A stretch of DNA of 63,563 nt, counting the filler, from Pelomyxa schiedti (Eukaryota > Protista > Evosea), in the NCBI GenBank assembly GCA_020536535.1. It is 4 parts of 4 records of this genome, joined end to end, with 100 filler letters (N's around TTAATTAATTAA, not from the genome) between each part and the next. Parts side by side here need not be neighbours in the genome. Positions count along the whole stretch, not along the records: positions 1 to 27,457 come from JAHLWZ010001031.1; positions 27,558 to 56,134 come from JAHLWZ010001021.1; 2 more parts are not named here. One strand, written 5' to 3'. This document shows, piece after piece, positions 24,500 through 35,021 of this stretch. Numbering within the stretch: position 1 is the first letter of the stretch; every line of letters starts with the position of its first letter. A program made the position numbers and the translations under genes. Under the pieces are notes generated by a model. The model was not told the DNA's origin, searched no databases, and worked only from the letters and a program-made list of their open reading frames with translations.

Positions 24500-26082
24500 A
24501 CTTCTTACTTGGTTCTCCAAAAAAGATGTTTGTGAGATCTGTTACACCGGTGAAGTTGTTGGCATAGAGTTGCTTACTGCATGGCAGGCACTGGCAAAGG
24601 ACATTGTGATGGCATAACATCCACACCAGTATTGGAAGCTGTGTACAACCATGTTTGGCACATGAGGGGAGTGCTAAGCATGGTGGATGGGGACCACTTT
24701 TTTATCCCTGATATGGCCACCTGCATTGATATCATCAGAAAGGTGAGCTTCTCTCAATTGTGAAACAGTTCATTGGAACCTTGTAACTTATACATTATGT
24801 GCCAAGTCCAGCCCCTTTCATGTTGTCATGCCTTACATAGACAGTAACACCACATCACTTCATCTTCCCTTTTTTTTCTTTTTTTTTAAAAAAAATGCGT
24901 CGTAGTGGTGCCAGAATGCTTGGTTCAGCAGCAGGGAGATTGAAATGCTTGTCACTGTTCTTGCAAGGTATTTTTATACCATTTCCCTTCACAGCAAAAA
25001 CAACCAAACTACTGGATGGGGAGTTTCATCACAACACTCAATTTGCTTTGTTCATCATACATAGGAAAGGTGTGTGCTGTCCCAGAGGAGTTGGGAAAAC
25101 TGCTGTCATCCAGGTTTGGTGCAAAGGCTTTCACACCATCAAATCCCTGATAACCTCATACACAATTTGGTCACCCTCCAAAAGGTTCCTGCACTCAGAG
25201 CATCCTCAATAAAGAAATTGAGAATTGAACTATCACAGGAAGGTGATCAAATTGTCAGGTGATATGAGGTTATCAGGGATTTGATGGTGTGCAAACCCTG
25301 GATGACAGCAGTTTTCCCAACTCCTCTCTCCCCAACCAAAATGGGAATCACTCTTCTGAATGGAAGGCTTGCATCCCTCATCCATCTGCTCTTGGGGTCT
25401 GGTAAAATGGGTGCTTCCAAGAGTAGAAAGGTTAAGGGTTTTACTTTTCTCCTTTGTTATGTTGGTGGTTTGTGTAGTTTTTGGCTGAGTCACACTCTGA
25501 ATATGTTTCCCAGAGATCCAAATCGGAAGACCTTCTGTGAACTAATCAACAGTGGCAATGAGGGCAGGTCTTGTGAGAATGGACTGTTGATATTGTGTTG
25601 AAAAGCATTCCACCAGACGACACTGGAACTGCTGCTCTGACACCGGAAGTTTCAACCTCAGTCATTGAATTAGTAGGCACAAAGTTCCGCCCAGGTAAAA
25701 AAAAGATGTCCCATATCGTGCCCGATCATATCTAATCTAAGAAAAATATAATGACTGTATGTGCCGTGGCACTGATTGACTTTTATTTTTAGAGTTCCTC
25801 AATAGGCTTACACAACTGGTTATTTTCCAGCCCCTGACATGCCAGAACTTCGTTGGCATAGTTGAACTGATGCCTGTCAGGCTGGCCAAGAGAGTCAAAG
25901 GCACAAATGGAGTCACTCTTATCATAGGTGATGATGCCAAGCTGTTTGTTGCCAACCTGGCCTACGGGTCAGCTCAACTTGGAGCACACCAAGTTGAGAC
26001 TTTGCTAGATGAACACATTGGGATGCCAATAGGAAACATGTTGCTTTCCAGGATCTCAAGGCTGGTTCCACGATCAGGGTGA
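24500..26082 (+). pseudogene. probably degenerate Clp/Hsp100 (ClpB-like) AAA+ ATPase fragments
   Basis: Plus strand after splicing: KFRPEFLNRLTQLVIFQPL..RLAKRVKGTNGVTLIIGDDAKLFVANLAYGSAQLGA (ClpB D2-small domain). An NBD1-like PILVGERGVGKTAVIQGL lies on the minus strand near 25290-25350, with a second GVGKTAVIQ copy on plus. No continuous model was found. Confidence 0.6.
25084..25327. repeat. imperfect inverted repeat (arms 25084-25179 and 25238-25327, 58-nt loop)
   Basis: AGAGGAGTTGGGAAAACTGCTGTCATCCAGG..ACACCATCAAATCCCTGATAACCTCATA occurs on both strands; the arms differ by 12-nt and 6-nt indels. Confidence 0.92.
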
Positions 26083-26839
26083 CAATGATGAACAACACAA
26101 CCAAATAATTACAGTTTGCTGCCTCTGCTTCTGTAACTACAAGCTCAACCCCCACTACTACTACAGCAGTCACCAACAACAATGGGCCAGCAGAATTCCA
26201 TGAATCCACTCACCACCAGTCACCACCACACCATGAATGAATGTCGTTTCTCTAAGAGGGCACTAGTGGTGTTTAATTAAAAACATCCTAATCTTGTCAT
26301 GTCATAAGAAACAACAGAAAATCACAAGGAAAGAAGGAAGCAATAGATACCTCAAACTCAGTTTGGCTGAGAGGGAGGGAGGAGCTTGGGAATTACACAC
26401 CCTGTTGCTCCCGTAATGGGAAATTCCAATCCTAGAAGAATCATGCTCCCAGATACAAAGCATAGATCAGCCGGCAGTCGGGACAGAGATGAACGCAACA
26501 GCCTGGCAACAGTCAAACTAGTTCCTTAAATTCGCAACACAAATACAAACGCCGAGTGCCAAACGAATATGCTGTGCCGGCCCGTTTCCACAATGTGTGG
26601 GGAAAAAAAAAAAAAAACGCTATGAAGTAAAAATAAAAATACCGTTGGGTACACCGTGAAGCAGCCAGCTACAATACCCCCCAGAATGGATCTGAGTCAG
26701 TTGTATTGATTGGGATCTTCGCCCGCACAACACGCGAGCGACACGACACCGTTCCTTCCCACCGCAAGTGACGTAGCCGTCCACACCCCTCTCCGTGAGT
26801 TTTGCTTTTTTGTTGCTTCAAACTCACATTACATAGACA

Positions 26840-27457
26840 TTAACACCGCATCACTTCGATGTCCCCCTTTTTTTTTTTTTTTTTAAAAAGTGCCAGTGTG
26901 CATAGTTCTACAGCGCCGGCACAGACACCATAAAGGTGCAAAAGACTGGGACCACGAGGATCCAAAAGACTAAGACCACGAAGGTCCAAAAGACTGGGAC
27001 CACTAGGATCCAAAAGACTGGGACTACGAGAGTCCAAAAGACTGGGACCATGAAGGTCCAAAAGACTGAAGAAAGAAATGGCCATTTTTTTCTTGGTGAT
27101 TTGTTTTCTTCTCGGCACCCTCGCACGACACCCCACAACACAGAGCGGAATTGTGGGATTTTGTTTCCCTTTTGGTGTGCACCTTTGTTCCACTTCCGTT
27201 CCGGCTCTACGAAAATTGGTAGGGACCAAATTGGTGATGTAACTTTTAAAGGGTGTTCCACATCGGTGGAAACTGCTCCCTCGGCGGGCCATGGTGGGTC
27301 TCCTAAGACTGTGGGTGCTACCTCCCCAGCTGTGGCTTGTTTCACCACAAGCCATGCTACAATCCATATCACACAGGCCAGGAAGAACATAATCGGTACA
27401 ACTAAAAGGGCCATGTCGAGTTTCCCGGTAGAATCGGAGATTGCTCCCTGTTGCAGG
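26840..27457 (-). CDS. 3' part of a TM protein, possibly the C-terminus of the BPL-N gene across the gap
   Basis: GKLDMALLVVPIMFFLACVIWIVAWLVVKQ hydrophobic helix begins just beyond the gap; the downstream frame is uncertain. Confidence 0.4.
   Translation of the reverse strand, partial: PATGSNLRFYRETRHGPFSCTDYVLPGLCDMDCSMACGETSHSWGGSTHSLRRPTMARRGSSFHRCGTPFKSYITNLVPTNFRRAGTEVEQRCTPKGKQNPTIPLCVVGCRARVPRRKQITKKKMAISFFSLLDLHGPSLLDSRSPSLLDPSGPSLLDLRGLSLLDPRGPSLLHLYGVCAGAVELCTLALFKKKKKKGDIEVMRC
26927..27068. repeat. 24-bp tandem repeat, 5 full copies plus partial copies
   Basis: Unit AAAGACTGGGACCACGAGGATCCA starting at 26941, 26965, 26989, 27013 and 27037 with a few substitutions and no spacers. 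Confidence 0.95.
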
Positions 27458-27557
27458 NNNNNNNNNNNNNNNNNNNNNNNNNNNNNNNNNNNNNNNNNNN
27501 NTTAATTAATTAANNNNNNNNNNNNNNNNNNNNNNNNNNNNNNNNNNNNNNNNNNNN
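27458..27557. other. scaffold gap: 44 N + TTAATTAATTAA + 44 N
   Basis: All-frame stop linker in a 100-nt gap; the same structure occurs at 56135-56234 and 61085-61184. Confidence 0.98.
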
Positions 27558-28507
27558 AGGGGCCCATTGGCGTACAAAAGGTCAACAACGCTGAGGTCAA
27601 ATGCTGGAGGCGGGGGAGGAGGCGGTGGAGGTGGAATCCCAATTGTGGGAGGTTCATCAGGCTGCGTGGTTTGTTGTTCTTGTTGTGGAATTACTGTACG
27701 GGCTGCTGCAGTGAGTGACGGGAAGGTTTTTATTCCAGCCGGAGTTAGTTTAACCTGTGCGGTGATGAGATATTAGGGGAATGAATGAATATATTATGTG
27801 TGGAACCTTGGCGGTTCCGAAACCGCGATTCCAATTGAACATATCAAAAACACTTGCATCGACAAGTCCCCAAGTCCACCACTCTGATGAAGGTTTATAG
27901 TTCAGGCCCACATACGCACCTATTAAATAAATAAAAAATTAACAATTGTTTGGCAATTGAACGAATCTGAGAGGGGAGAATCAAAACCTGCACACAGGCC
28001 CAGATATGAACCCCCTGATTCCACATAGCTGATGACTTTATTCTTTCCAATAAGCTTCTGCATCTCAGTTGCATGCTGAGGACCTAGGCCCCCGCCAACT
28101 ATGAAGCACGCGTACTTATGGGTTGTGAGCACCCCAGCCGCCACGTCCTTTCCCCTCACGAATTCGAATTCAAAGTGTCCTGCTTGTGTGCTTGTGTTGA
28201 GCTCATTGTTTTATTTAGGAGTGTGAGCGATCCGAGAAAATAATGGGACTAAAATCACACATAGGAGGTGGGTCCATTGCGCCGGGGGCACTTTGTCACC
28301 CCCAGTGTCCTTGGACTTTGGGAGGAACACTGCCACCATTGGCAGGGCGCGTGGCTCACTTATGGGTCCTCCGTCGGTAGTAGTTACCGAATTCGTGCAC
28401 GACGTGCTTGGTTGGTTGCAACTCGCCATTCCCGTAAGAACAAAAATATGATGAGAGAGGGCAAATGTGAGTGGGATGAGAATCCTCTGCACCAGGGACA
28501 CTTCCAC
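27558..28507 (-). CDS. BPL-N / class I glutamine-amidotransferase-like protein, partial
   Basis: FIVGGG..VISYVESGGSYLGLCAGAY..WTWGLVDASVFDMFNWNRGFGTAKVKLTPAG..LLYANGP after splicing. The start is uncertain and the gene runs into the gap. Confidence 0.75.
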
Positions 28508-28979
28508 TCATCACTTCATTGCACTCCCTTTGGATTCTTTGGGGAGATTCTGGAACCAAGTTGGGAGTTCCAGCTGATTGATTTTTTGTGATCTGCTTGT
28601 GTGGTTGAATATTGGCATTGTGGGATGGGGTGTTGCGATAGCCTGGGGGTGTCGTTGTTGTCCGTGGCACTGACTGTGCCGGTGATCGTGATGTCGGGAA
28701 TAGGGCTGTCCAGATACGGCGCCCCGTGCTCCGAGCGCGTACGCGTCGTTTTGCGAACCGCCGGGTTTTTGTTTTTTTGTTTTACAACACTGGGTGTTTA
28801 TTTTTTTGGTTGGCGAGCTTTTTGTTTTTAACTTCATGGGCATAGGTGGAGCTATACTTGGCAAGTGAGTTTATTGTGTCAGTGATGGGGGTTGTGTGCG
28901 TGAATATTGCCAGCATTTTGTGCGTGAGACAGGTGCATCTTGGTTTTTTTTTCCTCCCATCAATTGATTTGTATTAAGG

Positions 28980-29393
28980 CGGACAGTATTCATCACGGTG
29001 TAGAAAAAATGAAGAAATCCCACTTCCGACTTATACAAGTCGTGCTTGGTTTAGGTGCGCAATGACTCACTGATTCTTTATGTACTGACATCCATTCCCA
29101 AAGTCGAATTTTGCAACATGATTTTTGGCTCTGTGTATGTGATTCAATGCCTTTTTAAAATTACTTACTCCAATAGTTTTGTGTTCAGCACTTCTACAGC
29201 CAAGTGTGACCCTCTCTTGTGGAAAATGGCTTTGGGTTGTCTCATTCTCCAATACCTATCGTTCTTTTTGATGTTCTGCTGCCTTGGATGTGTCTGCTGT
29301 TGTGCCTCCATCCTCATTGCCCTTGGGATTGCCAATTCGCCTCCAGTACCACCAGACACCGCAACACCCACCGCAGAGTCAACAGCAGCAGCA
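28980..29393 (+). CDS. small multi-TM protein, copy 1 (truncated by gap)
   Basis: VEFCNMIFGSVY..CDPLLWKMALGCLILQYLSFF; paralogous to 29494-29988. Confidence 0.55.
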
Positions 29394-29493
29394 NNNNNNN
29401 NNNNNNNNNNNNNNNNNNNNNNNNNNNNNNNNNNNNNNNNNNNNNNNNNNNNNNNNNNNNNNNNNNNNNNNNNNNNNNNNNNNNNNNNNNNNN
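29394..29493. other. scaffold gap (100 N)
   Basis: Run of N. Confidence 0.99.
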
Positions 29494-29988
29494 ATGTTTT
29501 ATTGCTTACTTCGTTCAGGCTGGCACTACACCTGGAAGTGACATGGATCTGCTAGAGCCAAGGGTACTTCGAGGCATACAAATCTTTCTTGGTTTATGTG
29601 TGTCATAATTAACTGTGCTTTCTGTTAGTCTAACATTATTTCCAAGTCGAATTCTGCAATGTGGTTTTTGGCTCTGTGTATGCCCTTTCATCCACTTTCT
29701 TTTTTTTGTTAAATGGTTGCCGCTAGTTTTGTATTCAGTACTTCCGAATGTGATCCTCTCTTGTGGAAAATGGCTTTGGGCTGTCTCATCCTGAGATATC
29801 TCGCTTTCTTTTTGCTACTTGGCTGTATCTTCTTTTTTCCCTCCATCCTCGTCACACTCGGAATTGCCAACCCCAAGGCTGACACCACAACATCCACGGC
29901 AGAGACAGCATCAGCAACTCCAGAATCAGAGCCACTTCTGCACAAGGACATCACAATGAAAAAAAAAATAGATAATAAATTCAACTGA
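29494..29988 (+). CDS. small multi-TM protein, copy 2
   Basis: VEFCNVVFGSVY..SECDPLLWKMALGCLILRYLAFF..EPLL, a diverged tandem paralog of copy 1. Confidence 0.55.
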
Positions 29989-30008
29989 ATACAATAAATT
30001 TAAGGTGT

Positions 30009-31519
30009 TCATTCATGTGTGGATGGAGGGGGCCATGCTGATACATATCCAGGGCGGTGAGTTCTTGTACCAGGGTATTTATCCCTGAAGGCTTGGATTA
30101 TGTCTTGAATGCTCCCAAATTCATTTCCAACTTCATATGTGCGGTCACACTCACTCTCATTTAGGGTAAACCACTGCGAGAGGTTCCGTGTGAATGCCCT
30201 CCCAATTCTGTGGTGCCTCATACTCCCCTATTTATTGTTATTTGTAAATAATTGTAAGTATCCTACATCTGATGTTTGAATGTCAACAGAATACATTCGG
30301 GGCAAATTCTCAGAGCACCTTAATAGGAGCAGGCTTTGTGAAGGAAACTGCCCCAGTTCAACCTCACTTTCTTCCATGCTCATAAACCCACAGAACCCTC
30401 TTACTTGAGGTAAGAACACTATTAAAAGTTTGGCGTGCATTCACATAACTCGGTCTCTGTCCACATTGAAATAGACTCCTGAGTTTTCCAATGCATTAGA
30501 GGGAAAAAGGTTTTTTTTAAAAAAAACCTTGTCCAGTATGGTGCCATTCAAGTCACTCCAGTACCTTGCCAATTTTTCCCATTGTGAGATTGACACTTTC
30601 TGATTCACGTTTCCACATACTAATCACAGTGAGTAAAACCAAAAGGAATATAGGCACACACTCTTTGCGGCCAGTGTGAGAACGGATGCACCAAAGAAGG
30701 AATGGAATCTATCAGCAAAAGCGTCCCAGTGTACTTCCTCGTGATCTGGGAATACACACTTCCAGAACTCAATTACAGGCAGTCCATCATGATGCCGAGT
30801 GATGGGCGGGGCAAACAATGACGGAGTACAATCCACTGCTATCCTGAATCACATTAGCATGATGGCTTATTCTATTTGTTCACATTCCAATCCTATTGAA
30901 TTACTTCAATAAATTTAAGACAGACATATTACCGCCCTGAATTCTCAATAGGGGGAAGAGAACTTTTCTCAGAGTTTGTTGTTGACAGTGATACAGTACA
31001 TGGACAGGTACTACTAATAGCACTTACAGAATGACACGGTGTGCCCATAATGTGTATCTCTAGTGCTCCCCCCATCCAGTGCCGGCAAAATGACGAAGCC
31101 GGCGCATCGTCGTGAGGGTACGAAACTACATTATGGGAGCCAAACCACGTGCTGTCATCCTCGCCCCTGGGCAGCACCACCTTGACCGGGCCGCCGTGGT
31201 TGTCGTCGAGTTGGTTCTGACAAATGTGATTATGGGATTGGTGGGCGTTGCTGCCTTCGGTCAGTCGCATTGCGGTCGTGGCAATTTTCTTGATGTCGCC
31301 CAGTGTTGTGGTGGAACCACACGTCACGTCATGATGACGTCCACTCTCCCGTGCATTGGAACCCCGGTCGTGCACAATCACCCGAATGGTTGCTTCGTCT
31401 TGCATCTCGGGTTTCTGGGATTTCAAAGAAGCCGAACATCTTCTTTGAGCACTGCCAACCTGGTTGCCTCCATTGCACTGAAACCTTCTGAAGGCTGAGG
31501 AGCTCCTAGGTACTCTCAT
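30009..31519 (-). CDS. SH2-domain protein with an upstream helical (Cbl/SHK-like) segment and a possible ubiquitin-like N-terminal segment
   Basis: GFCGFMSMEESEVELGQFPSQSLLLLRCSENLPRMYSVD and RHHRI..FGSIQDII resemble SH2; EFWKCVFPDHEEVHWDAFADRF precedes it. The start is uncertain. Confidence 0.6.
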
Positions 31520-31764
31520 TCCGAATAAAACATAACTCTTGATCGAGTCTTTTATTACAATAATACAAGTCCTGCTGCAGCATCGAAACTTCGGAATCGC
31601 GGTGTGATGATGTGAGACCAGGACAACGCAGGGCACTAGTGTCATTCCGAGTTTCCAAGGATTATCATTGTTGTTATTGGCACTCACATACTCCCCCGCT
31701 CGTGCAAAGTATAATCTCCCAAGTCTGTGTGTTTGTTATGTTATGTTGTGTTGTAACTTTATGT

Positions 31765-33095
31765 ATTAATTGTAATAGGGGATTGTACAGTGAGCCAGGT
31801 GTTGTAGTGGGGTGGGGCTGAGCCTTGGCAACCCCAGGCTTCCACAACCCACAGCAGAAGTAATTCTTTGGCACTATCTGTAATATTTTTGCCGGTAAGT
31901 ATTTGGCTTATTTATTTAGGATCAAGTAATAATACTATCTATTGTCATATGATTATTAGCTCAAAACTATTGTACTTGGGGATATTTGGTAGGAAACTAA
32001 GGCGTTGTCTTGTGCAGGAACGGCTCCTGATATGTCGAATAGTACATCCTGGGATTCCCGCGAATATTCCCAGGTGCCATATGTTGGTGTGACTACATAC
32101 TGTGTTGTGAGGTATCCTATATCCAGTGCCAGAGTGTTGCTGTAGAAACACACCTGTAATAGTGGTTATTTGGTACGGAGGCCGCAATGATCTTTCCAAT
32201 TTACCTGAGGTTGACTGCTGGTTGTCATTTTTAAAAGGGGATTGGGGCACAGCGAGAGTATAACTGGATCGCTCTGTATGAAATGAGCCATTTAAAAGAA
32301 GATCTAATACGCACAAAGGTCTTGTACTCTGTTGATCCTTGCTGTTTTGAGAATCCCACCGTGAAGGTCATTGCCATTGGTGATGCCTGAACACCATGTG
32401 GGTACAGCATATCTGTTGCTTCCATTTCCGATGAAACGGGGCAGGAAGCGGTTGTATTTGGCGGCCAAGTTTCCGCGAATCCTGACAGAGTAGCAACGAG
32501 CTGAAATTGACAAGGCGGATTGCTGCAGACTACAGTGAGGTAAATGTCACAGCCCTGCAGTTATCATAAATAATACAATCGAGTAAGTGAGGAACTCACC
32601 TGAACAGGTGAAAGACGGAAACTGGGCTTGGGGGACACCCTATTTGGCCAGAATGTAGTATTTTCGTAGTTTTTGTCGTCTGGATAGGGCCCATAGGTAC
32701 TCGACTTTTGGGGTTTTCTATTACAGTATCATTTGAATTGAAGTGCATTACGAAAAACACTCAAAACCTTACCTTGAGCCATAGGCCACAGCCTGTCCAA
32801 CTGGAATGGATTCTTGTTGTATTATCTGCACATCCAATTGACTTTGCCCCGCACCCCAGTTTCCACATCCATCCAACCCAATATATCCAGTGGCATTTGC
32901 CGCCCCAGTCAATAGTATGTCCCCAGTGAAGAAAGTTACCGGCACTACATGTACAGGCAGTGTAACTCCAAGCCCTACTTTCTGATTTTCTCCCTCGCCA
33001 AACAGCGGCCTGTGTGACAAAGGTACCACTGCCCCACCACAACTGATACTACTACTTACAACAACAATAGTTATTATGCCTAGAACAGCAAGCAT
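31765..33095 (-). CDS. secreted beta-rich hypothetical protein
   Basis: Signal peptide MLAVLGIITIVVVSSS and several intron-separated exons rich in T/S/Y/G. Confidence 0.6.
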
Positions 33096-33368
33096 GCTAT
33101 TTTTGTTTTGATAAAACTTGCTGTTGCCGAGGACGTGGTTCTAAATAGGCCACCTTTATACTGTTATTGTGGGCCTCTTCGTTAAAGGTTGTTTGTTTTT
33201 TTAATTTTTTTTTTCGTTATATGGCCAATTTGTTTGCATCCACCTATTTTGCAAAAAAAAAATTGGTGGGTTGACGATCTTGGTTTGTTCACTGAACACT
33301 TTAAAAAAAAAAAACCAGGATAGGTGATGAGGCACAAAGAGCACAACCAGCCAGCACAAGTCCAGTAC

Positions 33369-34824
33369 ATGAAACAAGGGATTTGTGGAGTCTTGGGGTT
33401 GTTGCTGATGCTATGTCTGGGACTGAGAGGCACAGCAGGGGACGTACTGCCCCTGCAGTTGTACTCGTCATGGCATTCTATGGAGATGAATGTGAACTAC
33501 CATGTCTATCAGGTTTCGAGTGTTTGTTGAGCTTTCAGGGACTAATCTGCCCGCAGATAGACCTGAGGTGCCCTGCATTGACAGGTGGGGATCTTTATAT
33601 ATCCATAAACAGGCCAGAGTCTCATACTCTGTTCGGCTATGCATCCTTGGGGGCATCCATGGGTGCCTGTGGTGATTATCCTAACCCTAATGATATGTAT
33701 GTGTTTGAGGGGTCTCTCCCAAACTTATATTCTGTGTAGAACTACCTATCAATATACTACTTATCAGGGACTATCCTTACCACCGGCATCCGGGATGTAC
33801 ATCCCAAAGGCAGCTCAGAAGGTTTTTTTTCCATTCTCCACACTACAATCTTATTTTCCATTTTCCAGGTAGTCTACATCACAGTGGCCACAGCCTTCGA
33901 TAGCACATACTTTGACTACAATCTGGCAGCAAAGTTCGTCCCTTCTTCAAGCTCTGGCAGTGTGGAATATGTTTCCACTATTCCCAAGGAAACTGTTGCT
34001 TCCACAAATACCTGCCTTCCCCTTGCGCCACAAAACCTGTTTATGGGTTTCAGCATGCAACTGGATCTCTCAATTGCCTATGGTCAGTGGGTATGAATTT
34101 CTCATGCCAGTACATTACTTTCTGACAAGTAGTCAGTCAGACCCAACAGTTCTCTCAATTTGTCCCAGCATGCTATCAACCACTTTTGGCACATCCAACA
34201 TATGTTTGGAAATAAAAGTGATCGGGCTAGACGCAGGAAGTTCCTTCTTCCAGAAGGTTTTTGTCCTGCTCCCTTCTGTTTTCTTTCACCCTTACCATTC
34301 TCACAGCTCTCGGAGCAAGCAGTCCCAAGTGAATTCAATATCTGGGCCGGCATGAGGCTAGCCACTGATACAGACAGCGGACTGGCCAGACTAAATGAAA
34401 GCATACTTGTAACCAGACCAAGAGCCCCTGCCAATTGGCCNNNNNNNNNNNNNNNNNNNNNNNNNNNNNNNNNNNNNNNNNNNNNNNNNNNNNNNNNNNN
34501 NNNNNNNNNNNNNNNNNNNNNNNNNNNNNNNNNNNNNNNNCAGTCCCAAGTGAATTCAATATCTGGGCCGGCATGAGGCTAGCCACTGATACAGACAGCG
34601 GACTGGCCAGACTAAATGAAAGCATACTTGTAACCAGACCAAGAGCCCCTGCCAATTGGCCACCAACACTGTGTGTTCTATTCTTATTATTTTCCTCACT
34701 TTTTTTTTCTTCTTACAACAACCAGATATCACTACATCGTGGGAGCCGGGGGACTGGAAACAAATTCACCATACCTTAATAACTACACCTGTACAATGCA
34801 ATGGACAACATGTACTGTAATCTG
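33369..34824 (+). CDS. secreted protein with PPC-like beta domain(s), spans a gap
   Basis: Signal peptide MKQGICGVLGLLLMLCLG; GDLYISINRP..YASLG resembles the PPC DxDLYV motif. Confidence 0.6.
34320..34661. repeat. identical 121-bp flanks on both sides of a 100-N gap (34441-34540), an assembly overlap
   Basis: 34320-34440 is identical to 34541-34661. Confidence 0.93.
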
Positions 34825-34860
34825 AACCACACCAACAAAAAAAAAACTGAAACAAAAACA

Positions 34861-34932
34861 TTCCGATGCCGGGAATCGAACCCGGGGCCACTGAGTGAAA
34901 GTCAGAGATGTTGCCAACTACACCACATCGGA
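34861..34932 (-). tRNA. tRNA-Glu (anticodon TTC)
   Basis: TCCGATG/CATCGGA acceptor stem, anticodon arm CTGA-CT TTC AC-TCAG, T arm CCGGG TTCGATT CCCGG; downstream T-runs on the minus strand (Pol III terminator). Confidence 0.95.
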
Positions 34933-34981
34933 TTTTGCAAGACACAAGGCAAAAATAATAAATAAAAAAAAAGCGCTCTTG

Positions 34982-34993
34982 TTAATTAATTAA
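34982..34993. other. residual TTAATTAATTAA scaffolding linker without flanking Ns
   Basis: Exact 12-mer identical to the linker inside three gaps. Confidence 0.7.
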
Positions 34994-35021
34994 CTGCTGT
35001 TCCTCACTGAGGTTTCTCTTT

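Noticed and set aside
25280-25350. Small Ras-like GTPase from ILVGERGVGKT
   Set aside because: No convincing in-frame G3/G4 motifs. The context (RRVI..PILVGE.GVGKTAVIQGL) and the adjacent D2-small domain fit ClpB NBD1 better.
26927-27068. Possible CRISPR array
   Set aside because: The units are contiguous with no unique spacers, there are no cas genes, and the context is eukaryotic.
27502-27513. TTAATTAATTAA as a biological motif or PacI site array
   Set aside because: It is centred in 44N+44N gaps and is an artificial all-frame stop linker.
31765-33095. Papain-like protease
   Set aside because: No QxxCGSCW or catalytic His/Asn motifs were found.
34320-34661. Tandem exon duplication in the secreted-protein gene
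   Set aside because: The identical copies exactly flank an N gap, typical of an unmerged contig overlap.
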